Assembly: GCA_038841535.1 (NCBI GenBank) | Contig: JAWBTQ010000017.1 | Coordinates: forward strand, 1 to 27,481 | Reading direction: 5' to 3' | DNA: 27,481 bases | From: Sulfolobales archaeon | GTDB lineage: Archaea; Thermoproteota; Thermoprotei_A; Sulfolobales; NBVN01 | Part shown: positions 18,193-26,659 of the stretch, in pieces | How the letters are laid out: every line of letters begins with the position of its first letter | Position numbering within the stretch: position 1 is the first letter of the stretch | Notes under the pieces: generated by a model | The model's input: the letters and a program-made list of their open reading frames with translations, nothing else | The model's database searches: none | Told to the model about the DNA's origin: nothing | Program-made: the position numbers and the translations under genes

Positions 18193-18205
18193 AAAAGGGT
18201 TTATC
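18193..18205 (+). promoter_or_regulatory. BRE/TATA for a probably leaderless transcript of the 18225 gene
   Basis: AAAAGGG-TTTATC about 20 nt before the ATG, with no RBS. Confidence 0.5.
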
Positions 18206-18224
18206 TCTCTAAGCTAGATATCTT

Positions 18225-19505
18225 ATGGGTATCGAGTTGACTGAGGGCTGTAGGTGGGATGAGGCGCTTACTGAGGTAAGAAAACTGTTCTCGTTAGATG
18301 TTTCGGATGAAGCTTTAATACCTTCTATTAGCGATATCAGAGTATCAGAACTCATCTCTAGGTTCAGGGAGTGTTTCATACTTGACGTACTAGGGCAGGA
18401 GCTTGCCGAAGCAGTAAGGTGGCTTGAGTACGTTAATATGGAGCTGGACGTTCTCTCCAATAGGTATAGACTGTCAGGGTACAGCCTTTCTCGCGAGTTC
18501 AGGTCATTTAGAGAGAACCCACTTGCTCACTTAAAAAAGAAGATCTTCATATATGTTTACGACTACGCTAGAGGGAAGATAGGCTTGAGGGAGCTCGTTA
18601 AGAAATGTTCGTCCGCAGCTTACACGTCGCTTAGGACAAACATGAGATCGGCATACCAAGTCTGGGGATTTTCCGCTATCCTCAACTACCTCTCTGAAGA
18701 AGGTTACGGTATGCACTTTCCCGAGCACAGGTACTTAACGATAGATAGAGCTGGGAAGCAGAAGCTAGGTAAGATACCTCCAAACATCGTCCTCTTCAAC
18801 CCTAAGAGGGGGTTTATTAGCTTCTTCTACGAAGCCCCGAGGCCTCTAACTTGGGAAGATAGCGAGGATCTTCGGGCTGTGTGGTCTCTGTATACAACTC
18901 TCAGACCCGACATGATGGTGTACTCCGGTAAAGTAATGGATATAGTGGAACTCGGTTCTAATCCACCTGTTAAGAGGCCTAACATGTTGGTAGAGTTTAA
19001 AGAGCTTGCGGACTGGTACGATAGGTCTAGGGACTTAAAGAGCTACTTTAAGAAGAGCCCACTCACGGCTGAAGAGTGGAGGAGTAAGTGGTTGAGCGGG
19101 CTCTATACAGGACTAGCGGATGCTCTAGGCATGAGAAAGAATGAGATCAGGAAAAGCGTTGAAGAGGGGAGACCTCTGAGAATTAAGGAGCACAAGCTTG
19201 TTCAGATCTATGCATCTCTCTACAAACCGAGGAAAACTTTCCTAGTATCTAGGTCCGAGGTACCTCAAGCTATTAAGTCTGAGCTAGAGGAGAGTGGAAT
19301 TGAGGTAGTCGATGGCGTAGGTTTCGATAGAAAGAAGGTGAAGCCGGTAGCAGAGTCTATAGAGAGCTATAGCTCTTTTCTAGGTGCGGACTATGTAACC
19401 GTAGACCTCCCAGTTAGCACAGTAATCAAATTAGTAGAGTTCGCAGAAAGAGCAGGTCTAAAGGACCTCGCTATTGCCGTAGAGGAGCTCTTGAAGAAAG
19501 CTTAG
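18225..19505 (+). CDS. Uncharacterised protein with a PD-(D/E)XK nuclease-like core and C-terminal ribbon-helix-helix-like domain
   Basis: YQVW, RPDMMV and LVEFKE motifs; last 37 aa YVTVDLP..TV.KL.EFAERAG....AVEELLKK. The ORF is solid; the function is inferred. Confidence 0.55.
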   Translation: MGIELTEGCRWDEALTEVRKLFSLDVSDEALIPSISDIRVSELISRFRECFILDVLGQELAEAVRWLEYVNMELDVLSNRYRLSGYSLSREFRSFRENPLAHLKKKIFIYVYDYARGKIGLRELVKKCSSAAYTSLRTNMRSAYQVWGFSAILNYLSEEGYGMHFPEHRYLTIDRAGKQKLGKIPPNIVLFNPKRGFISFFYEAPRPLTWEDSEDLRAVWSLYTTLRPDMMVYSGKVMDIVELGSNPPVKRPNMLVEFKELADWYDRSRDLKSYFKKSPLTAEEWRSKWLSGLYTGLADALGMRKNEIRKSVEEGRPLRIKEHKLVQIYASLYKPRKTFLVSRSEVPQAIKSELEESGIEVVDGVGFDRKKVKPVAESIESYSSFLGADYVTVDLPVSTVIKLVEFAERAGLKDLAIAVEELLKKA

Positions 19506-19526
19506 TGTCTAAAGCTTCTACGGGCT

Positions 19527-20927
19527 TCACAGAGTCTTCAAGACCCCCCTAGCTGCGAGTATACCTGTTATAGCGGCTCCATTGATGCCTCTTGATAGCC
19601 CTACTCCATCTCCTGCTACAAACAAGCCCTCCACAGTTGTCTGCATCCAGTCGTCTACAACAGCGCGCACGCTATAGAACTTTATTTCGGGTGCGTAAAC
19701 TAGGTTTTGAGGTGAGGCTAGACCAGGTAGCATGTCGTCAAGCTTCCCGACTGCCTCTACGATATCTGTGACAACTCTGTACGGTAGAGCCATACCTATG
19801 TCGCCAGGAGTTACGTCCTTTAATGTAGGCTCAACAGAGCTTCTGTCTATCCTCGACCAAGTGCTTCTCCTTCCGGATACCAGGTCTCCCAACCTCTGTA
19901 TCAGGGGTCTCCCACCACCGAGCTTAGTTGCCGTCATAGCTATCTGCCTTCCGTACTCTACAGTGTCCTCGAGAGGGTCGGTAAGCTGAACTGTGACTAG
20001 TAAAGCTAGATTCGTATTTCTAGACCTCAGCTCTTTATAGGACATACCGTTGACGGCTACGTACCCATTGTATCTTTCAGCTACTACGAACCCCCTGGGG
20101 TTGACGCAGAAGGTTCTGACTTTATCGTCGTATGTCTTTGTGTACATAATCACCTTAGGGTCGTCAATAACAGATACGAGAGGCTCCATTACGTAGTCTG
20201 GCACCTCGAGCCTTACTCCCACGTCTAGAGGTCCGGGGACTGTGTGCACCCCTAGTTTCTTAGATATCTCCGAAAACCACGCTGCTCCAGACCTGCCGGG
20301 TGATAGGATTACTCTCATCGCCTCGACGGCTCCGCGATTAGTTGATAGCTTAAACCTCCCTCCTACTGGCTCTATATCTGTAACAACGGTCTCAGTTACT
20401 AGCTTAACTCCCTCATTGGTGAGGTAGTCAGTGAGCTTCTTGGAGAGCCCTATGCTTACTTCGGTTCCCAACCGCCTTTGGGCTGGGGCTATGAGTTTAG
20501 CACCAGCTTTAGCCGCTTTCCTCTCCCACTCCTTGACTAGCTCCAGGTTAGGTACCCTCAGGGTATCTTCTGGTATCCCGAACTTAGTCAGTATGCTATC
20601 TAGATACCTTATCATCTCTTCGGCTCTGCTAAAGCTCTTTAGGAGGACAGCTAGGTCGCCTCCAACTTGTGGGTGGAGATTTATAGCGCCACTACTGAAC
20701 AGTCCAGCACCTCCAACTCCGTACAGCACGTTACAGGGTCTGCATCCAGCGCAGGTTATCCCGAGTTCTCTCGACGTGTGAGCAGCGATTAGAGGGCAGT
20801 ATCTCTTCTCTACGTCTCTACCAGCATCAATCACGACAACATTCTTTAACCCGTATCCAACAAGTTCGTATGTGGCGAATAGACCTGCGGGTCCGGCACC
20901 AACTACCGCAACATCGAATTCTCTCAC
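19527..20927 (-). CDS. FAD/NAD(P)-dependent oxidoreductase (COG2509-like)
   Basis: VVGAGPAG, CP...C.GC.PC...GVGGAG, GVRLE, RTFC.NP.G.V and GLFVAGDG.G; GGTGA RBS; 4-nt overlap with purA. Confidence 0.85.
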   Translation of the reverse strand: MREFDVAVVGAGPAGLFATYELVGYGLKNVVVIDAGRDVEKRYCPLIAAHTSRELGITCAGCRPCNVLYGVGGAGLFSSGAINLHPQVGGDLAVLLKSFSRAEEMIRYLDSILTKFGIPEDTLRVPNLELVKEWERKAAKAGAKLIAPAQRRLGTEVSIGLSKKLTDYLTNEGVKLVTETVVTDIEPVGGRFKLSTNRGAVEAMRVILSPGRSGAAWFSEISKKLGVHTVPGPLDVGVRLEVPDYVMEPLVSVIDDPKVIMYTKTYDDKVRTFCVNPRGFVVAERYNGYVAVNGMSYKELRSRNTNLALLVTVQLTDPLEDTVEYGRQIAMTATKLGGGRPLIQRLGDLVSGRRSTWSRIDRSSVEPTLKDVTPGDIGMALPYRVVTDIVEAVGKLDDMLPGLASPQNLVYAPEIKFYSVRAVVDDWMQTTVEGLFVAGDGVGLSRGINGAAITGILAARGVLKTL

Positions 20928-21931
20928 TCTCCATCACCTAGGTATACAGCGTCTTCAACCTCTTCCCCAGTCCCAAGTATCTTGATAGGTACCTTCAGTA
21001 CCGACTCTACTTTCTCAATCCAGTCTCTCACGCTCCTGGAGAGCCTAGATGGGTCTCTTAAGCCCTTCACCTCCGGGAAGAGCGCGTCGATCTTTGTAAT
21101 AGCTACGGCAGTTGCCGAGTTCAAGGTCACTGCCCTCTTAGCTAGCTCGAAGTCGAATGGAGCGACTCTCCTAGGTCTACCAGTTACTGTACCGTACTCT
21201 ATCCAGCCGAGCTTAGCTACCTCTTCGAAAGCCATTTCACCTCTCAGAGGTCCCGGACCCACTCTCGTTACGTAAGACTTAAATACGACAATCACTTCAC
21301 TAACCCTCTTGGGGCCTACCCCAACTTCTGAAAGAAACGCAGGTGCTGTCGTATCTCTACTTGTGACGTATGGGTATGTACCGTGATATAGGCTTAAGAA
21401 GGTTCCCTGCGTGCCTTCGATCAATACTTCATTACCTTTATCGATATAGTCGTTAACTCTCTCTGCAAGATCGCAAGTGTAGCTCCTCAGCTCTGGAGAA
21501 TCTCTCGCCAACTTCAAGACCCTCCTAACTCTATCAACCATAGCTTCACCAACCCCCTGCAGGGTGGATCCAACAGTATTTGCGAGGTGGCTCGACGACT
21601 TCTCGCGAAGAGCGTGCTCCTCCTCTATAATACCCGTGTTGAAGTCTACGCAGAGCCTACCCCGGCAGCTAGTTTCCTCTATTTCTCTAAAAAGGACGTC
21701 CACCCTTATTAGGCTGCCGGCAGCTATACCCAGCTGAGTCACTGGGTTAATGAATGCCGATGGTATAGATCTCAACTTCCAAGTCCTGCCCTTGTAGACG
21801 ACCGTGTGTCCAGCGTTAATAGCTCCACATCTAACGGCTAGCCCAATTCCCCTCTTTAAAGCTAGATAAGCGGCTACCTTACCCTTACCTTCATCACCGA
21901 AAAATCCACCAACTACTACTACTGCTGACAG
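20924..21931 (-). CDS. purA: Adenylosuccinate synthetase, short archaeal form (335 aa)
   Basis: In-frame extension of the listed ORF gives (L)SAVVVVGGFFGDEGKGK...NAGHTV; also EGTQG, YPYVTS, EYGTVTGRPRR and TKID. The start has to be CTG 21931 (or ATA 21934). Confidence 0.95.
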   Translation of the reverse strand: MSAVVVVGGFFGDEGKGKVAAYLALKRGIGLAVRCGAINAGHTVVYKGRTWKLRSIPSAFINPVTQLGIAAGSLIRVDVLFREIEETSCRGRLCVDFNTGIIEEEHALREKSSSHLANTVGSTLQGVGEAMVDRVRRVLKLARDSPELRSYTCDLAERVNDYIDKGNEVLIEGTQGTFLSLYHGTYPYVTSRDTTAPAFLSEVGVGPKRVSEVIVVFKSYVTRVGPGPLRGEMAFEEVAKLGWIEYGTVTGRPRRVAPFDFELAKRAVTLNSATAVAITKIDALFPEVKGLRDPSRLSRSVRDWIEKVESVLKVPIKILGTGEEVEDAVYLGDGE

Positions 21932-21935
21932 TATC

Positions 21936-21968
21936 CCACCTAACTAGTTAATTTGAGGAATATAAAAA
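21936..21968 (-). promoter_or_regulatory. TATA box and RBS of purA
   Basis: Minus-strand TTTTTATA (21968-21961) and GGTGG (21940-21936). Confidence 0.6.
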
Positions 21969-22082
21969 CGTCTGGCTTGTGCCTCGGGGACCTTACTCAG
22001 TTTTTCTTTAACTTCATAACCTGCGCTACCTATAGGAACAGTTACTTCAGGACGCGTACTTAAGCCGCAGGGTCTCCCAGTA

Positions 22083-23336
22083 TTACTTAGGCCTTCGTCT
22101 TATAGACACGCCTATGAGGATTCTCTCACTACCGAAGACCTTGACTACCGCCGCCAAAACTGCTATGACAACTGTTGCTGATAGCCCTAAAGCTAGTAAA
22201 GCTATGGTTCTATCTCCAGAAATGAAGGCAACCACTATAGCTAGAGGTAGCCCGTAAACGGTTGCTCCAAGCAAGGATGCTTCGGCACCGAGTGGAACCC
22301 CGATGAACTGAGTTGCTAGGAGTCCTACATATAGTACAGCGCCTACGGGACCAGCAAGTGCTCCAGCGACTCTAGTATCATTCGAGAGTATGCCTATTAA
22401 GAGCCCTAGAGCACCTGAAAAGAGCAGCATCAGTCCTATGGATATCACCAGTAGGGAAATGCCGCTGCTACCCAAGTACGTGATTAGGTCCCATAAGGAC
22501 CAAGCAGAGGCTGCTGCCCCGGTTGTTTGATCTACTTGAGGTATGGCCGACATCATGTACGAGAAGCCGGCGAAGTATATTACAACCATAAACACGGAGA
22601 TCACAACAGCTCCAGCTATTTTAGCTATAGCGATGGTTGACCTACTAACCGGTAAAGTCAGGAGCATCTCGAAAGCTTTTTCCTCTTTCTCGCTGGCTAC
22701 AGCTTGCGCGCTATACATTAAAGTCATCATAGCTAAAATTCCGATAAGGATGGCGAACATCATAGTCGAGCCAAGAAGAGACGAAAGAACGTCTAGGTTG
22801 ATAGTTCTACTGCCGACTCTAGTCTCAACTCTAGCGGTTACCACCTTACTCAGCTCAGTAACGTTTATCCCTCTTTCTACTGCTACAAGCAGCTTTGCTG
22901 TCTCCCCGAAAGCTCTAGCGATCGCCGTCACTACACCGACTCTTGCTTGCTGAAACATCGATGCTCTATCTAGAGTTATGTAACCGTATACGTAGGACGT
23001 TGCGTTTGGACCGAGAAGGGATGATCCAAAGCCCCTGGGGATCGAAATAACTACTAAGAACCTTTGAAGTCCTTCTTCTACTGTTCTAACAGCTATCAAC
23101 CTACCTTTAAGAGACATATTGACAGCATATACGATTCTAGCTGTAAAGTAGTTATCGTCCTCGATGAGGACACCCGCAGGAGCTCCAATAGCTTCGCGCA
23201 CAGCCTGCTCTGTAGCTACACCCATTATTCTACCGAGGGCTATGAAGTATATCGCCATAAACGCTAGCCCCATAATGAAAGCAGGGCTCTTGAGTACTGC
23301 CATAACCTCTTTTTTAACTAGTTTAGCGAGAGACAA
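22083..23336 (-). CDS. ABC-2 type exporter permease (NatB-like)
   Basis: N-terminal KKE plus TM, extracellular domain, VASEKEEKAFEMLLTLPVSR...AK motif and several C-terminal TMs. Confidence 0.85.
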   Translation of the reverse strand: MSLAKLVKKEVMAVLKSPAFIMGLAFMAIYFIALGRIMGVATEQAVREAIGAPAGVLIEDDNYFTARIVYAVNMSLKGRLIAVRTVEEGLQRFLVVISIPRGFGSSLLGPNATSYVYGYITLDRASMFQQARVGVVTAIARAFGETAKLLVAVERGINVTELSKVVTARVETRVGSRTINLDVLSSLLGSTMMFAILIGILAMMTLMYSAQAVASEKEEKAFEMLLTLPVSRSTIAIAKIAGAVVISVFMVVIYFAGFSYMMSAIPQVDQTTGAAASAWSLWDLITYLGSSGISLLVISIGLMLLFSGALGLLIGILSNDTRVAGALAGPVGAVLYVGLLATQFIGVPLGAEASLLGATVYGLPLAIVVAFISGDRTIALLALGLSATVVIAVLAAVVKVFGSERILIGVSIRRRPK

Positions 23337-24087
23337 TGCTCAGACCCCCCACAGTCTTTACGAATACTTCCTCGAGGTTTCTCGCAGAGTACCTAGCCTT
23401 CAGGTCGCTAGGAGAACCCTCTGCTGCTAGCCTCCCCCTGTACAATATACCCACCCTATCGCATAAGTGCTCTACTTCAAGCATATTATGGCTGCTGAGT
23501 ATCACTGTAACACCTCTCTTTCTAGAGAACTCGTCTACTAGGCTTCGGATCCTTATACTGCGCTCAACGTCTAGTCCAGCAGTAGGCTCATCGAGTATTA
23601 CGAGCTTAGATCCGGAAGCTAAAACCGTAGAAAGAGCTAGCAGTCTCTTCATACCCTTACTGTATCCCCTGATTGGCCTCTTAATGTCTGAGCCGAGGTC
23701 AGCTATACTAATAGCTTCTTCAACGGCTTCCTCAAGTTCTCTGTCCTTTAATCTCATTCCTAGCATAAACTTTATGAAGTCTAGACCTGTGAGGTCTCTA
23801 TAGGCTCCCGCTTCTTCCGGTAGGTATGAAAGGAGCTTGCGCACTTCCACAGCGTTTAATATCGAGTCATATCCGAATACCTTAACAGAGCCCTTCGTGG
23901 GCTTGAGGAGCGTAGCTATTATTCTTAACGTAGTAGTCTTACCACTGCCGTTAGGTCCAAGAAGTCCGTAGATCTCACCACTAGATACCCTGAACGTTAG
24001 GTCATCAACTCCTTTTACGCCCCCTGGGTAAATCTTAGTGAGGTTAACGACATCAACAGCTATAGAGGTATACACGCTTCTACCCAT
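23323..24087 (-). CDS. ABC exporter ATP-binding subunit (NatA-like)
   Basis: GPNGSGKT, YSKGMKR, ILDEPTAGLD and SSH; overlaps the permease gene. Confidence 0.92.
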   Translation of the reverse strand: MGRSVYTSIAVDVVNLTKIYPGGVKGVDDLTFRVSSGEIYGLLGPNGSGKTTTLRIIATLLKPTKGSVKVFGYDSILNAVEVRKLLSYLPEEAGAYRDLTGLDFIKFMLGMRLKDRELEEAVEEAISIADLGSDIKRPIRGYSKGMKRLLALSTVLASGSKLVILDEPTAGLDVERSIRIRSLVDEFSRKRGVTVILSSHNMLEVEHLCDRVGILYRGRLAAEGSPSDLKARYSARNLEEVFVKTVGGLSIVSR

Positions 24088-24289
24088 AAAGTAAGGCCAT
24101 TACGAATTTATACGTGGAGCAAAGGAAGAGATCCTTGCTTACTCTACTCTGAGCTCCTCACTGCTTGCGTGTGGTCTGTCTATGCGGTCGTGAGTACTGC
24201 TGAGGCGGTGTTGAAAGAGACTAATTCGCAGCTACCTTCGAATCAACTGGTTTATTATCTCGCAGAAAAAGCAGTTAAAGGTAGTGTAG

Positions 24290-25168
24290 ATGTCTTCGAT
24301 TAGTTCGTCTACCGACTACTCAAAGAAGATTAGGCAGCGTGACGAGATTCTGAGGATCTCTACGGGAATTAGGGAGCTCGATGAAGCTATTGAGGGAGGG
24401 GTGCCTAGGGGGTCCTGGATTACTATAACTGGGGAGCCCGGCACTGGGAAATCCATTCTCTGTATGCACTACGCTTGGGCAGGTTTGAGAGCAGGAGATC
24501 CTGTCGTGTATGTGACTACCGAGGCTGAATTCAGGGACGTGATTAGACAAGCGAGGCAGTTGGGTATGGACTTCGAGAGCTTCTCAACGTACGATATATC
24601 GAGCTCCTGGGAGCCTCAAGAGCCTCCCCAGATAGTCGTAGTGGACATCTTCGGCTTGCTCAAGGTTGCTAGGCAACTAAGTGAAGAACACGGGGAGGAG
24701 GGAAGTAGGAGATACGCAGTACTCGAAATCCAAACTCTAGTTGCTGCTATTAGAGAAGCGTATAGGATCCTCGGAATACTGAAGGAGGGAGGTAAGGGTT
24801 TAACTAAACACGTGAGGCTAATAGTGGACTCGCTCAGTGCTTTCTGGGCGGATAAACCGGCTATGGCTAGGAAGTACAGCTACGACCTCAAGGTATCCAC
24901 ACACAGAGAGAACGTGACGGCGTACCTAGTGTCCCAATACGCTATGACCACTAAGAGTACGTTTGGGTTTGGTCTAGAGCATATAGCAGACGGAGTGTTC
25001 CACCTCTGGATGGAGGACGTTGAAGATGCTAGAGAGATAAGGAGGTACATGATCATCAAGAAGCTCAGAATGACTAACCACTATAGAAAGGCCTTCAGAC
25101 TAAATATAGAGCCAGGGTACGGAGTGAGGCTATACAAAGACTCTGAGGAAGAGCTGAGGAGCGTTTAG
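24290..25168 (+). CDS. Single-domain KaiC-like RecA-superfamily ATPase (archaeal)
   Basis: ISTGI.ELD..IEGG.P, GEPGTGKS, YVTTE, IVDSLS, EHIADG and IKKLRMTNH. Confidence 0.9.
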   Translation: MSSISSSTDYSKKIRQRDEILRISTGIRELDEAIEGGVPRGSWITITGEPGTGKSILCMHYAWAGLRAGDPVVYVTTEAEFRDVIRQARQLGMDFESFSTYDISSSWEPQEPPQIVVVDIFGLLKVARQLSEEHGEEGSRRYAVLEIQTLVAAIREAYRILGILKEGGKGLTKHVRLIVDSLSAFWADKPAMARKYSYDLKVSTHRENVTAYLVSQYAMTTKSTFGFGLEHIADGVFHLWMEDVEDAREIRRYMIIKKLRMTNHYRKAFRLNIEPGYGVRLYKDSEEELRSV

Positions 25169-25412
25169 AGGACGTGTATTGTCCCCTATGAGGTCCATGA
25201 AGAAACGCTTTTTCTCAGCAGATGGCTGTTCGTAGGCTCTTGCGGTCTTTAGTGCTTAGATCCTAGTTACGCATTCTTCAACGACCACTGAGTGTTTGAA
25301 AGAACTAGAACTACGTTGGGCGCGCTTGAGTCTCTGACACGAGCCTCTGAGGGGCTCTTAGATACTTACAGGAATTTATCTGTGGTAGCGAATATAGATT
25401 TGTGTGTTCGTG

Positions 25413-25484
25413 ATGGTTGACAAGGTACTGATAGTAATTGGTCCGGAATTTGAAGATATTGAGGTTCTATACCCTTACTATAGG
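25413..25484 (+). pseudogene. pfpI: 5' fragment of a PfpI/DJ-1 family protease/glyoxalase interrupted by an IS
   Basis: ATG 25413 encodes MVDKVLIVIGPEFEDIEVLYPYYR (PfpI N-terminal FED.E..YP..R), then reads into IS sequence and stops at 25517. Confidence 0.8.
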
Positions 25485-25488
25485 GGTT

Positions 25489-25518
25489 TGGGTTTCATGT
25501 TGGTTGATGTTGTTTGAT
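25489..25518 (-). repeat. Three tandem imperfect 10-mers at the IS end
   Basis: ATCAAACAAC / ATCAACCAAC / ATGAAACCCA on the tnpB strand. Confidence 0.6.
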
Positions 25519-26154
25519 ATCGACCCTTGGCTTCACAGACCTCAGGCTTCCTTTCATTGGAAGCCTTATCATCGGTCTCCACCCGTTCAGGGTAACCCCG
25601 ACCCACAGCTCCCCTTCATCTAGCTCTGGTTCATTGCTGTGGGGAAACCCCCACATCCTGGTGTACTTGAGGTAGATGTTTATGGATGCGAGCTTCTGCC
25701 TATCCACTTCGAGACCGCACCTCGAGCATTTGAACACCCTGCCCACTCGGGTCTTCACCACATACCCGCATCGTGGGCAGGTTCGGGAGGTGTTGTGTGG
25801 AGAAACCTCAACCACTGGTGCTTTCTCCGAGAGCTTACTGTGTATTGTTTCCCATGGTGTTCTAGCGTTTCTCTTTCTCCTCTCTTTATTAGTTCTCCTC
25901 CTGGCAACCATGTCCTCCTTCTCGAGGTTTTCGACGACGTGAACAGCGTTGGGAAGTAAGGTGGTTATCTGCTTAACGAGCTTGTTTATGAAGTCCTTCT
26001 CCCTGTTTCTCTCTCGCTTAGCGTACTTCTCGAACAGCTCCCTCTTACCAATTGATTGAGCAGTAGCTTTCTTCTTCTCGTAGACGGTCTTCAAGCTCTG
26101 CAGGTACCTCAAATCAACCTTGATGAACCCTACACCTGGGGAGTAACCGTCGAT
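25495..26154 (-). pseudogene. tnpB: N-terminally truncated TnpB
   Basis: IDGYSP..GFIKVDL, VVENL (RuvC-II), NTSRTCPRCG...CSRCG Zn ribbon and DRQKLASINI; the N-terminal recognition lobe and RuvC-I are absent. Confidence 0.85.
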
Positions 26155-26659
26155 ATCAAGCTCTGGTTTCTTAACGCAGTTATTTAAGGATCTTCAATAC
26201 TTAAAATCGCTTATGGTGTAATGTTCATGGATATAGTAGCTCTGTGAAAGCGTTTAAGGCAGACTCGTCCCGTGATTCCATTCTAGGGATAAGTAGGTTA
26301 GACGAAGAGCTATGTGACCCCTTAAAAAGAAGATAGTAGCTTTATCTGAGTTAGGGAACTACCTTGATTCTAAACTATTCGATCACCTCAATACCCTATT
26401 ACATTCAGTCGCTTTCATAGCTAATCCGGCTTACAGAACTGAATTACAGGACTGCCGGAGGCTCCGTAAAAAAAATCTCTAGTTGATAGGTAGCAGAGCG
26501 TCATTGAGTATGGTCCGCTCCCCATCTTCCTAGAATGAGTGTTCGTAGTGACTATACTTTTAGTCTATAAAACGTAGCAGGCCCGCGAGGTCGAAGTCGG
26601 CTCCTCACGCTAGTAAGCATTTAATTCAGGTTCATTCCTCTACTTTATTAGGTGGAACG

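Larger units (their letters stand above)
25483..26154 (-). mobile_element. Truncated tnpB-carrying IS, probably IS607-type
   Basis: tnpB 3' half; the end abuts the host gene at a GG/CC run; three 10-nt imperfect direct repeats at 25489-25518; no IS605-type hairpin+TCAG end; left part and tnpA missing. Confidence 0.65.

Noticed and set aside
24290-25168. KaiC as evidence of a circadian clock
   Set aside because: Single-domain archaeal KaiC-like ATPase without kaiA or kaiB; a common family
25438-25959. Plus-strand ORFs of 61, 106 and 88 aa over the second tnpB
   Set aside because: Antisense shadows; the meaningful plus frame is the pfpI fragment at 25413
26160-26482. Start-less open stretches (e.g. 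KKIVALSELGNYLDSKLFDHLNTLL...) checked as the missing pfpI 3' part
   Set aside because: No PfpI motifs (GG..P, ICHG) in any frame read; may be an unidentifiable relic
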